DNA from: Raillietiella orientalis | Taxonomy: Eukaryota | Assembly (NCBI GenBank): GCA_036172245.1 | Contig: JAYWIR010000002.1 | Span: 2,108,001-2,172,000 of the forward strand | Length of the DNA stretch: 64,000 nucleotides | Reading direction: 5' to 3' | In this document: positions 26,901 to 39,499 of the stretch, piece by piece | Layout: each line of letters begins with the position of its first letter | Numbering within the stretch: position 1 is the first letter of the stretch | Notes under the pieces: model-generated | The model's database searches: none | The model's input: the letters and a program-made list of their open reading frames with translations, nothing else | Told to the model about the DNA's origin: nothing | Made by a program: the position numbers and the translations under genes

Positions 26901-29024
26901 AATGAAGTTCCTGGCCATTAAGTGGTTCACTATGCCCTAATGGAGAGATCATAATTTCATCTTGATGCACAAGTGTATAAAATACAGGTAATTGGACTTT
27001 TTTCAAGTCATGGGTAGCGATACTAGCAAAATTGTGTTTATCACATAATGTCTCATGTATCTTGGTCTAATTAATGAAGAGAATAATCCGCCATTGATAG
27101 AGATCCTTTACTTGGATGCGAATAAAATCCTTGAAATTGCTCTCTGTGCTCAAATCCAGCTGTCTAATGATGCAGCAAACAGCATGAGGTATAAGATTTT
27201 GAACTGGATGGATTTGCTCTACAAAAGAGTTGCTATCTGTTAACTGCAAAACATTCAATGTGCAACAAAACTCATCCTAAATGAAAGAACACACAAAGTG
27301 TTGCTGTAAAAACACAAAGTACAACCTCATTTAGAGAAGGCTCATTCTTTTGCTGTTTTATGTTGCTTTCAATTTTCTGTTGAGCACTGATCTGCTGATC
27401 TGGGGTTGTCACATTGTGGACTTTTATATAATCTAAGACTTGCTTTACCAGACACTGGTGAATGAGTTTTTTGAGTCTCTTATCTGCAATGTCATTTCCT
27501 TGAAAATTTACTTCTACAATAAAATTAACATTTAGGATTAAGGTTGCAGAGCTTTCACAGTACACTCTAATACCTTTTAATTTGGTGCACAATCCTATTT
27601 CTCCTGGAATTGTTTTAAGACGGTTATCGGATATATCTAAGCTTTTTAGGGAATGTAGTTTCGAAATATCTGACGGAATTGAGTCAATTTCGTTTTTACT
27701 TAATTTCAAATCTGTAATAATTTCATTGAGACTTGGAAAGTTCGTCAGCTTATTATTAGAAGCATTCAACATATGCAAATTCAATAGGGGTGTTAACTGT
27801 GGCAAAGTTTGCAAACTGTTGCAAGAAACATTCAGAGAAAACAAACTTTTTAAGGAAGTGAGAGTGCTTGGTAATGATGATAATTTGTTGTTGGAAACGT
27901 CCAGATGTTTCAGTTTCTCCAATTTACCGATGCTCAGAGGTAAGCTGATTAGACGATTGGAATCTAACACCAAACTTGTCAAACTGCTCAAATTACTAAT
28001 CTCTTCACCCAATGACCGTAAACGAGCAGAGCTGATTTCTAAGAAATTCAGATTTGTGAGATTGTAAATTTCTTTACTAAGGCCACGTTTCCGGATTCTA
28101 TTTGCGATTTTTGATCCAGATAACACCAATTCATACTTGTTAACGTTTTTTACATCCTCAATTTCTTTCCAAACGGCCATGTTATTTTCCACACGGGAAC
28201 CAATCCGGGATACGCGGATAACCAGAAGTCACTGCATGCAAATACACTTTCAGACGAAATCTCTCTTGTTGATACCGAATTTTTGGGCTGAGGTCGGTGA
28301 GAAACCGAAAGGAACAAAGTCACAGAGGCGGGTCCCCAATTTTTTACTTCACAATGCTCATCAGGTCATTACACCACAATCCCGGGGCATTCGTGTGGAA
28401 CAACCTCCCATCGATGCGAATTAAAGATCCACTGCAATTTGAAAGAAGCAAATTTCCATGTGCCACCTGACTTTGTCGAAGAATTCAGTTTGGATGTTCC
28501 CACCTGCAAGAACAGTTCGAAAACACTTCAGGTGTGCATCCCCACGTTTGGAGTGCCCCAAACCTCCCAATAGCAACATCCTACTACCTTGGGACAACTT
28601 GCCTCCACTTCCTCTGCCGAGGGCGGTTTCATTGATTCCTGAAAATGCAGTGCATTTCTTAGAATCTGCATAAAGAAAAAAGATTTCTTCTTTTAATGTT
28701 TCAGTTTGTACTGAAGCAATGGAGCTATGTGTTTCTCACTCACTGAACCTGGAGAGCCAGCGGTCTTGACTCTTTCGATTCCAGAATCTGAAGTTGCATA
28801 ATCGAGAGGACCACTAGAAAACTGGACTATATCAGAGTCTTCTTCTTCACTATTTGGAAATTTAGTACATTGATTTCGTCGTATTGTCGTATTCAATGTT
28901 TTTGATGATGGTGTCTGTCCATAGGAATAATAATGAGAGGATGGAAGAGTTTCTGCAATCGATGCCCCAAATTACTGCTATGCAGTGTTCTGAATTCCTC
29001 ATGGTGTTTAGTCACCAAGATAAG
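23953..29024 (+). repeat. Segmental duplication, copy 1 (~5.07 kb, contains LRRC47 copy A)
   Basis: The sequence recurs at 33217-38292 (offset 9264-9268). The ORF track shows identical ORF sets at both offsets. Confidence 0.97.
26384..28180 (-). CDS. LRRC47: Leucine-rich repeat-containing protein 47-like, copy A (LRRs + PheRS-beta B3/4-like domain), 507 aa; exons 28180-27574, 27513-27326, 27243-27112, 27066-26831, 26787-26685, 26641-26384
   Basis: N-terminal ELVLSG followed by tandem LxxLxLxxNxL repeats. The C-terminal half has IATHDL, VISLPPIT.SE.TK and YPS..DL motifs typical of LRRC47. Six GT-AG exons total 1524 nt in an open frame. Confidence 0.9.
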
Positions 29025-29029
29025 AATGA

Positions 29030-32000
29030 GCAAAACTACACTACTGTGCATACTGTTCCAGACGTCTCCTCTTGATGGGTGGATGAGAGAGATGTATTGA
29101 GTTGTCTGCACGTAGTCGTTAACATTCTTCGGGATGTAAGGATACCTCCAGGTGGGGATCCTTAGGCAATTCCTGATCCCTATCTCATTTTGGATGATTC
29201 CTTTCAGGATTTCCGGGGCCTGTGTTCCTCGTCTCTTTTTTAAAAATGTTCGCCCTTCTTATCACGACTGTTGTGATGAGGGGGCAAGCGTGGTTCGTAC
29301 TATCAGGTTGTGCTGGGGTACTTTTCCCTTCTCCTGAATTAAACCCCGCCAGTATTTGCAGTCTGATGCTGTTTTGCAGGCCAGTCACCTCTTTAATCGC
29401 TTGCCAATCAGGTGGTAGTATGGGGTAGGTTAATAAGTGGAGCTGAATTTCTTCAGCCCTACACGTTTTTTGCAAAGTCTCTCTTAAATATTCCCGATCC
29501 TGTGTTGAAGTCTGGAACCACTCAGGATTCCCCCGTGATAAAACAACAGGAGGTCGTCTTGGATGTCCGGGAGAAGGGTACTCCTCCAAAGTGCATCTCC
29601 AGCGGCCTGCACATTCGCATGAGCACATCCATATTGGCTCGAAGTTGCATCGAGGACACCGTCGTCTTAACATTTCTTCAATGTTTCTTTTATGTTGGTT
29701 TTATTCATCAACAGCTACGCTTGATGTGACTTAAAGCTCCCGGGTTTTATTACTGAACTTCCTTTTCATTTCCGTACTAAAGCGAAACAGTCGCGTTTGG
29801 TGGCGATTGGCACTCGTGACGAACTGTCGCAATATTTGATTCTTAGTTTTGGCCTCTGGCGTAACCACGTTGATGCCTGCCTTGGAGCGGAAACAAAGTA
29901 GGGTATCACGAGGGCCAGTTCTTCCTTGCAAATTTCCTTGCTTTTCGGCACGACTTTGAATTGGTGAAGCCTCACAAGTGCCTGTTTCCTCTTACACATG
30001 GGGTCGATGTTTACCCACTCTCCAGTTTCGCCCATCAGGACAGGCATTAGGCCTCTCGAGTTCAGCAACTTCGAGTAGGCTCTGTGCGTTACGAATAGCC
30101 ACTCGTCCCATTTTCGGTGAGCTGCGGAAGTTGCCGTGCATCCATTGTTTCCACGGAGTGTTCTAGTGGAAGCATTCCGGCACCACCTTCCTCTCGAGAG
30201 TGACACAAAAGTTTGAGGCTGATCCTCGGTTTGAATTCCCTCCATAGAATCTTCCTCTGGAGTTTTTTAGTTTCCTCCCGGGTCTTGTCGATTCTGCAGA
30301 ATGCGGCTTCATAGAGAACACCTTAGGAAGTAGAACGCCATTCCATAGAGTGGCCCTGTGCTTCATGTTGAAGTCGACTCGGACGTACTTGGCTGTTTCT
30401 TCTCGTGCTTTTCCCCAGGATATCCGTCCACGGCAGCTGCGACGACGAGGTGTCGCCGATGTGGATGCCCAGGTACATCACGTCGTCCACCATGAGGAAT
30501 CCCTTTTCCGTTAGTGCGGAGAGGTCCAGGATTCCCATGGGCAACAGGTAGCTTTTCTAGCATTGATTTTCAAACCCCATCCTCTCTTCATGGAATCGGC
30601 TACAGCAAGGAACGCACAGTGACCCCGTTCGAACTTTATGAAGAACAGGAGGTCGTCTGCGTACGCCAGGTGAGTCAGCCTCTGGTCGTGCATGGAGATT
30701 TCTTGGGGGTGGCCGCCCGTTCAAAGAGTGCCGACACCAGCTACACGTACAACACGGAAAGTATCAGACTGAGAGCGTCTCTTTGACGGACTCCTCTCTC
30801 CATCCGAATTGCTGCTGTCTCCATTCGGTTGCTTGAGATCTTGACTACCTGCTTCTCGAGTATCCCTTCCACGTACTGGTTGAAGAAGCTAAGGAAGACG
30901 ATTTTTCTCAAGATCTTCAGGTACATCCCATGCTTCATGGTGTCGAATGCCTTCTCTATATTGGTGAAACTCTGCACCAGGTTTTCGCCGACGTATCGAC
31001 AATATCCGATGATGGTCTGGGCACACTTCACGTTCGCAGACATGCAGCATCCGCGCAACGCTCACGCCTGCATCAGGGAAACGATCGATGGTATCGTTTT
31101 TGCTTAAGCGGTTGGCACAGATCTTCGCCAACCCTTGGCATCCGTGTTCAGGATAGAGATGGGTCGCCATTGGATGACCTGACAAAGGTCCCATAACTTC
31201 GGCAGCATCCTTATCCTACCCTCATGGAACGATGTAGGCCAGTGTAAGTTCCTGCACAGACGAAGGTAGGCGTGCAGGCAGCGCTGACAGTGCGTGATGG
31301 GAATCCCTAACGTGTTCTGCTGTCACGTCTTTGCGTAGTCCTGCAAATGCATTCTTCACTTTTTCTATGGATATTTCGTCTTCAAGCTTTTGCTGTTGAT
31401 CTCTCTTCAGCCTCCTTTTCAGGAAGCACAGAATATTCTCCTGTTCTGTCGGGCACAGATCTTGGCGTCGGAAGTGCAAGGCGTAGTGGTAGTGCAAAAC
31501 CTCTGCAATTCCTTCCGACGTATGTCGGACTTGGTCCTCGTACTGGATGCAGAAGATATCGGTGGTGTCCTCCAGCACGCCAACTACCCTTTTCACATTC
31601 TTGAAGACATACCGTCTCTCGTACTGCTCCCAGCATTTCGAGAAGGTTCGATCTCGGATGTTCAGCTCCCTATGCTTCCAGCCTCATCTTCGTGTAGCCG
31701 AACTGTAAATTGCTAAAGATATGGATGGTACGCTTGAGTCTGTCCCAGTTGGCGACTGCGGATGGTGGTGTCCCGCAGAATTTCCTAGATGAGTTCCTGG
31801 TGATAGAGATGCGTCTCAAACCAGGACACGCAGATGGGAGCAGCCCTCGAGCCTGCTTTCCGAGGATTCTCCGTTCGAATCGCAAACCGTAGCAAGGGAT
31901 GGTCCGAAAGCAAAGATGGAATATTTCGGAACCCTTGCACACAGTCGCGATGTCCTGGCTACATAGAACATGATCTATCGGCTTGTGGCTGGCTGTCATC

Positions 32001-33205
32001 CGCAGCAACCCAAACTCGTGGGACAGCCACCGATAGACTGTTCTTCCTCTAGCATCCTTGGACTGGATGATGGTGTCCAGTATGTTCAGGTCTGCCACGA
32101 CGATCACGATGTACTTTTCCGTAGCTTTGCTTTGCAGCAAAGCCTGCATGGCTTCTACACAGAGATGTTTCCCGTGGTGTGGTCCGTACACGTTTACTAG
32201 GAACAGGTTTACAGATGTACGCTTCCAGACTAGGACATTCAAATACCGATGATACGGCCAGGCTATGGAGAGAAGGTTTTCCAGAAGGATGTGTGCCATC
32301 TCGTTCTTTAATCGCAACACCTTTAGTTTTCTTTTCACCTGTACTCAGAAACAACTGGGCATCTACTCGTCCATCGATCTCCAAGATGGCTTGGTGACTG
32401 AGGTCATGGGTTTCCTGCAAACAGATCATGTTGTCACGTTCGATGGTGCGCGTGACCAGAAGTCTGTTTTCATGGTTCCATAATCCTTTTACGTTCCAGA
32501 GACGATCTTGATGCTCTTATTCGTTGACAGGAAGGTGACCATTGGAGATTATTTGGAGTGTCTCTTCTTTCTTTTGCGTTTCTTTTGGGAGACTGTGGTG
32601 CCCTTCTCTTTTCTAATTTATCACCTTCGTCACTTTCGGTCTTGGGGAAATCAGTGTTGTCCACGAATGAGAGCATCTTTGCCGAGGTTGCACGAAGCAA
32701 CTCCTTGCTTGTCACGCTGCCAGACTTATTTTCCACTTTCAGCAATTTGTTTTCCAGAACAAACCGGTGCTCGTCGTCGCGAACGCGTTCATTGATCACC
32801 AAAGGATCACCACACGTTGAGGATGCGCTCGAGGGCCTCCTGCTGCTGCTCCATGCTAGAACCTGGTTGTACTTCGATTTCTTCTATCTCCTTTTCTATC
32901 TGTGCAACTGACGCCAACTGTTCACTCGGCACGCCAACTCCCACCGGCTCTTCGAAGGCTTGTTGGGCTTGCTGCATCAGCCTTCTCTTCCCTTTCCTCC
33001 TTTTGACCTCGGTGAAGCCTGCCGCCGTCGTGGCGGTCTCCTCGGTCAAATTGTCATTGCCGGTGCCTCTGGAATGGGCGGTACCTGGATTTCCCTCCAG
33101 TTCGCGGATGGCCGACACTTCTTTTTTTGGCGTGTCCAGTCAAACGGCCGAACACACCATCAGCTGGTTACACGCCTTTAGAAAGTGACCCTGTTGGCCG
33201 TACAT
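29030..33205 (-). mobile_element. Decayed non-LTR retrotransposon (L1/Tx1-like): ORF1 zinc-knuckle remnant, APE endonuclease, reverse transcriptase, C-terminal zinc-finger region
   Basis: Minus-strand fragments in order: GQQGHFLKAC and TGHAKK knuckle remnants (~33190-33120), ICLQETH (~32420), VNVYGP, ADLN, IDHVL, WRPISILNTD (~31160), IEKAFD, RGVRQ, LAYADDL (~30660), YLGIHI, EEIQLHLL. Many frameshifts and stops. Confidence 0.92.
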
Positions 33206-33216
33206 CTATGTCTTCT

Positions 33217-36200
33217 TTCCTCTTGATTTCTGAGTTTGCTTTGGTGGGAAACACAACCTCCTCTTAAAAACTCCATCTTTTGACTTTGTGCTTAGGATGC
33301 CACTCGCAAAAAGCGAGTTGTGATTCCAAAGAGGGCAGACGGATTCAGCAGGTTTTGTTTCCAGTGGATATGGTTTCAGAAGTTCGGAAGATCGAGATTT
33401 GCAGGAAGGTTCAGATTTCGCTCTTGGTAGCGTAGAGCCAAAGAAACAGATCTTGCAGGCGAGATGGTGTGCAGGGAAAGAGCACTGGTGATGGGTTCTT
33501 GGTAGCATAGGTGAGGGAAAGCAAGGACCACGGACAAGATAGCCATTGGTCTCCACAAAGAGTAACCTTAAGGCCTGGCGTTCGAACATGGATAGCTCGT
33601 ATCTCAAGTTCCTTCATAACATTTCCAAGCACACAGCAATGGACGTAAGAAAGCCATTTTCAACATTTGCCTTTCTCGTTCATACTCTTCCGCTGCAGAT
33701 GCCCACGTCGAGTTCCAAAAACGTATTCAGCTCCTACAGTGACCTCTTAGAACACTACTTGATTCTGACGCCACCAAAGACACAACACGCAAGTTGTTGT
33801 CGTCCAGAAAGTGCCAATTTTGTGGCTACGATCCTTTTCTTTTTTTTTTTCCAGGTTACAATCCATATAAGAATTAAGATGTAATCAGGATCCGATCTAT
33901 GGTTCGCAGCTCTTTGGGAGAGTGACTCCAAAGCATCGAAGACAGAAGGGCTCTTATACAGAAGTGTGAATGAAGCGTTTGCAGTGTCCAAACCTGGAAC
34001 AGCGATTTCCCGTTAAATTTCCATAATACTCTGCCCTGCATTTCTGCACCTCGAAGGTGTCTGTCCCATGTTATGGAACGGCCAGCAATTTGTAAAACTT
34101 TCTCGCCTATGCAGTTGCCGAGGGTTCCTTTTTTTCGAGGAAGCGTTGCTGCAGGCAGTTCTTGCGGCCTTTGAAAATCAGACTTCTGCAAAAAACAGTA
34201 CTTCCGATTGGGGTACCGAACAAAAACGTGCCCGAAGGCAGCAGGCATGTTGGAATCGAATGCGCGAAGTACCAAAATTCCATCCCTTATTCTTCCATCT
34301 ACTGCTAAGGTTTTTTGAAACGAAAGCCCAATTCCAAATGAAGCAGTTTTGCGTTAGTTTTTGGACGAATCTTTCACGAGGCGTTTTTTGCATATTTCCA
34401 TTCAGCATGCCTTCCGCATCTTCAAATTACAATGACAGTACCACCTAGCAAAACCAATGCTCCCCGGAACCTTCACGTCTGCTTCATTCCAAGTGATGGA
34501 ACATTTCCGGTAACTTTGCCAATCCAAACCCTTGGCAAACCGTTCAAGCCATTCGTGGGTAACTACTTAACCATGGTAATGACCATCAGATGCGAACAAT
34601 CGCTGACTTAAAATTTTTTACTATGGTATCGCCCATGACTCCATTAACCAAAGGTCCGTGGTCGAAAGCAGATTTGAAATGTTTTTTTGGCCATTTGCAA
34701 CCTTTCCTGCATCAGTTTCTTGAACACCTTATACCGATGAATTGCCATCAAAAAACAGAGATTCCCAGGATAAAGGATCCCTGAAGCAGCTACTAATTCC
34801 AAAACATCAACACCTTTCTGTTCAGTTTGTGGTTGATCTCTCAACCATCATCAGATAGGTGCCAGAACAGCTGAACACAGGGAAACCAAGTTCAACGAAC
34901 TATAGGTTTTAGTACAAAGAATGAATGAAAATCACTGACTGACTAACCCACTTTCAAGTTTGGGGAACCAAGTGCCTCAAATGAATTAAGGGAATTCCGG
35001 ACTTCCGATGCAAAATTTCCAGCGAGAACAGAAACAAAACTTACATTGCGTTTTACAAGAAAACGAACCTCCTACATCTGCTTTCACACACCATTGACTG
35101 AACACGAAATTATGGTTTAACATGAAAACATGCTTCATAATCGGGAAGTGTGATGCCAGAAAAACGAAAGCACAGCCCAGTTGGAAATCGCGTTTTAAAC
35201 TCACTTCGCACACACATTACGAACTACCTATAATTCCAATAAAAAAGATCAAACTGAGGAACCGAACTTGAGATTAAATACATGAACCAAAGGGCTCTGC
35301 AAAATCGCAGAGACCTGAATGCAACAGGCATTAAACAAGTCAATCTAGAATCTGTTCAAAAGCCAAAACCTCCAACTTGGGAATGTGCTGTATGCATGTT
35401 TCTGGTCATGTAAATGATAACAACACATGTGCATGAAACACAAATACTTTAAGTCTAGAACATTGAAAAAATTGGTTGATGAAAAAATTTTCGATTCTAA
35501 ACACTTTTAATAAGTCAAAATTGAATAAACATTAAACGTAAAAATTCTGTAAGAAATTGACCATTGGATTTTTGTTGCAATGGCAACCAGTGAATCATGC
35601 CACTGTATCAACAGATACCATATGGAGGCATGTAATCGTAATAAGGATCACTTGACTTGGTTTTCCCTTTTGACAAAAATTCGCTTGTTTGTGAAGTTCA
35701 AGTCTCTTTCTGATGGATACAACATTTTCAACTCTCCTGAAGCATTACGGATTTTCAATGTTTCCACACAAAAACTCTTGTTCTCTTGACTGTAAAGGTT
35801 TGAAGTAGCAATGGCAGCAATTAAGGTATCCATAACTTTGTTACAAATGCTTTGAGAAACTGAACTAGTAATTTCCACAAAGATATCATCTGATTCAGGT
35901 GTGATCTAATAGATCACTGCACTTGTTATCTATTAACTTCATACTTACTTTTGTAATTTCACTATTGGTAATTGGTGGAAGTGAAATGACTTGCTTCTCA
36001 CTATCCAAAAGAACTGGCCAGAAAGAACAATGATTCAAAAGATCCACATATCTACACAAAATGCATGAAATGGTGCAAAAAGAAAAAAAAAGCATTACTT
36101 ATGAATGCCTGCATGTGTACCCCTCTTCTTTTCTTTGAGCTCATGTCTAGCTTTATCTTGCAGTTGTGAATGAAGTTCCTGACCAGTAAGTGGTCCACTA

Positions 36201-38292
36201 TACCCTAATGGAAAAATCATAATGCTATCTGGAATCATAGCTGTATAAACTAGTGGACTTTGGACTTTTTTCAAGTCATGGGTAGCAATGGTAGCCAAAC
36301 TGCGTTTCTCACATAATGTCTCATGTATGTTGGTCTAATTAATGAAGAGAATAATCCGTCATTGATAGATATCTTTTACTTGGATGCGAATAAAATCCTT
36401 GAAATTGCTGTCTGAGCTCAAATCCAGCTGTCTAATGATGCAGCAAACAATATGAGGTCTGATTTTTTCAATTGGTTCAATCAGCTCTACAATAGGGTTG
36501 CTATCTGCTAACTGTAAAACATTCAAGGTGCAACATATCTCATCCTAAATGAAACAACACACAAACTGTTGCTGTAAAAATACAAAGTACAACCTGTCTT
36601 TGAGAAGGCACACTCTTTGGTTCTTTAAAGCTGTTTTTAATTTTCCTTTTAGCATGGACCTGCTGATCTCGGGTTGTCACATTGTGGACTTTTATATAAT
36701 CTAAGACTTGCTTTACCAGACACTGGTGAATGAGTTTTTTGAGTCTCTTATCTGCAATGTCATTTCCTTGAAAATTTACTTCTACAATAAAATTAGCATT
36801 TAGGATTAAGGTTGCAGAGCTTTCACAGTACACTCTAATACCTTTTAATTTGGTGCACAATCCTATTTGACTTGGAATTGTTTTAAGACGGTTATCGGAT
36901 ATATCTAAACTTTTTAGGGAATCTAGTTCATCAATATTTGAAGGAATTGAGTCAATTTCGTTTTTACTTAATTTCAAATCTGTAATAATTTTATTGAGAC
37001 TTGGAAAGTTCGTTAGCTTATTATTAGAAGCATTCAACATATGCAAATTCACTAGGGGTGTTAACTGTGGCAAAGTTTGCAAACTGTTGCAAGAAACATT
37101 CAGAGAAAACAAACTTTTTAAGGAAGTGAGAGTGCTTGGTAATGATGATAATTTGTTGTTGGAAACGTCCAGATGTTTTAGTTTCTCCAATTTACCGATG
37201 CTCAGAGGTAAGCTGGTTAGACAATTGGAATCTAACACCAAACTTGTCAAACTGCTCAAATTACTAATCTCTTCACTCAATGACTGCAAATGTGCAGAGC
37301 TGATTTCTAAGAAATTCAGATTTGTGAGATTGTAAATTTCTTCGCTAAGGCCATATTCCTGGATTCTATTTGCGATTTTTGATCCAGATAACACCAATTC
37401 ATACTTGTTAACGTTTTTTACATCCTCAATTTCTTTCCAAACGGCCATGTTATTTTCCACACGGGAACCAATCCGGGATACGCGGATAACCAGAAGTCAC
37501 TGCATGCAAATACACTTTCAGACGAAATCTCTCTTGTTGATACCGAATTTTTGGGCTGAGGTCGGTGAGAAACCGAAAGGAACAAAGTCACAGAGGCGGG
37601 TCCCCAATTTTTTACTTCACAATGCTCATCAGGTCATTACACCACAATCCCGGGGCATTCGTGTGGAACAACCTCCCATCGATGCGAATTAAAGATCCAC
37701 TGCAATTTGAAAGAAGCAAATTTCCATGTGCCACCTGACTTTGTCGAAGAATTCAGTTTGGATGTTCCCACCTGCAAGAACAGTTCGAAAACACTTCAGG
37801 TGTGCATCCCCACGTTTGGAGTGCCCCAAACCTCCCAATAGCAACATCCTACTACCTTGGGACAACTTGCCTCCACTTCCTCTGCCGAGGGCGGTTTCAT
37901 TGATTCCTGAAAATGCAGTGCATTTCTTAGAATCTGCATAAAGAAAAAAGATTTCTTCTTTTAATGTTTCAGTTTGTACTGAAGCAATGGAGCTATGTGT
38001 TTCTCACTCACTGAACCTGGAGAGCCAGCGGTCTTGACTCTTTCGATTCCAGAATCTGAAGTTGCATAATCGAGAGGACCACTAGAAAACTGGACTATAT
38101 CAGAGTCTTCTTCTTCACTATTTGGAAATTTAGTACATTGATTTCGTCGTATTGTCGTATTCAATGTTTTTGATGATGGTGTCTGTCCATAGGAATAATA
38201 ATGAGAGGATGGAAGAGTTTCTGCAATCGATGCCCCAAATTACTGCTATGCAGTGTTCTGAATTCCTCATGGTGTTCAATCACCAAGATAAG
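33217..38292 (+). repeat. Segmental duplication, copy 2 (contains LRRC47 copy B)
   Basis: Direct repeat of 23953-29024. Confidence 0.97.
35648..37448 (-). CDS. LRRC47: Leucine-rich repeat-containing protein 47, copy B (closer to family consensus), 507 aa; exons 37448-36842, 36781-36594, 36511-36380, 36334-36099, 36051-35949, 35905-35648
   Basis: Exon lengths match copy A (607/188/132/236/103/258). Retains the IRPHIV, LCEKR..ATIATHDL and LPPITNSE motifs. Confidence 0.92.
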
Positions 38293-38855
38293 GATACTCG
38301 GGGTACTGAGTGATTACTGAGAAACTGAAATGCCGGGTGCTGTATTCGAAAAGCTCATAAAGAATGGAAACCCAAATTTTTTCTTTTTTTCTACTGAATA
38401 ATGAAGGTTAAACTGAAAGCAACGCTGTGCATTTGGCTGCAAGTGCTTAAGCGAGCCCCACTTTCAAAAGGGAATGCATTGGATGGACAGTCCAAAGCAG
38501 CCTTGGTGGCCGCTGCACAAAGTGGTGTGATGTTGCTGAGGAGATGCAAGGAACACTTGCACCGTTTGTGTCGGATAAAATTCTACATTTGCAATTCTCA
38601 TCAAAGTTTCGTAAATACTCATTCTTCGGTTTGCTGAAGTTTTCTGCTTTTGAAGTTTTGGACCTTGAGTGCTCATGCTCATAACGTGCGATTGTGGCAG
38701 ATATAAATGATTTGAAATGTCGAAAACTATTGTGCCAAAAGCTTCCCTATAGCTTCTACACCTCAGTTGATATTATTGTCACTTAACGAAGTTGTACTTC
38801 GAACATTCGTCTATTGGTGTTTATGCATCTGTTTAAACAAACATGACTCGTATTC
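38194..38855 (+). repeat. Dispersed direct repeat 'U', copy 3
   Basis: Homologous to 19577-20235. Confidence 0.9.
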
Positions 38856-39499
38856 AGTTTTCAGTCATACAGTATATTGGTTCGTTCTTTTTTATCAGAT
38901 AAGATACTTCACTTCCTTGTAGTGATAAGGATTCATTTTGAGAAAACTGGGAAGTATTGCATATGATTTTAATTTAGTGAATTTATCCTCATTCGAAGGT
39001 CTTGAGCATTCCAATGGGAATCAGCTTTGTTAACCAAACAAAAAGATAATAATGATGTCTTGTCAGTATCATTCAAGTCATTTTGAGTAAACGTTACAGG
39101 AAGATGAAACAATTTAATGTTAGAAATTTTCTTCTAACTGTTTCAGAATGAGTGTTTTCGCATGATGCAGTTTGCGTCGCTTTCTAGATTTCCTAGCGCT
39201 AAAACTGTGTGAAAAATGAAGCTGAGAATCATAGAAATAAAAATATATTTGTAGGCATATTTGTTTGTTTGTTCCATACAACTTTTCTCCAGTCTGACCA
39301 GCGGTGGGATAAATTTGTTTTGAAAAGAAAAAAGAAACAATTCATCGAAGCACAACAGAAAAGGTTTTTCCATTGGTTCCTTAGGTCACAGGTCCAGAGA
39401 AGACATTATTCCTCTCTGGCATGGATTGACTGCAAAGGAGCGGAAAGATGGCATTCTCGAGTGTTGCATTTAGTGTCTTACACTAAGGTGTATTTCAAT

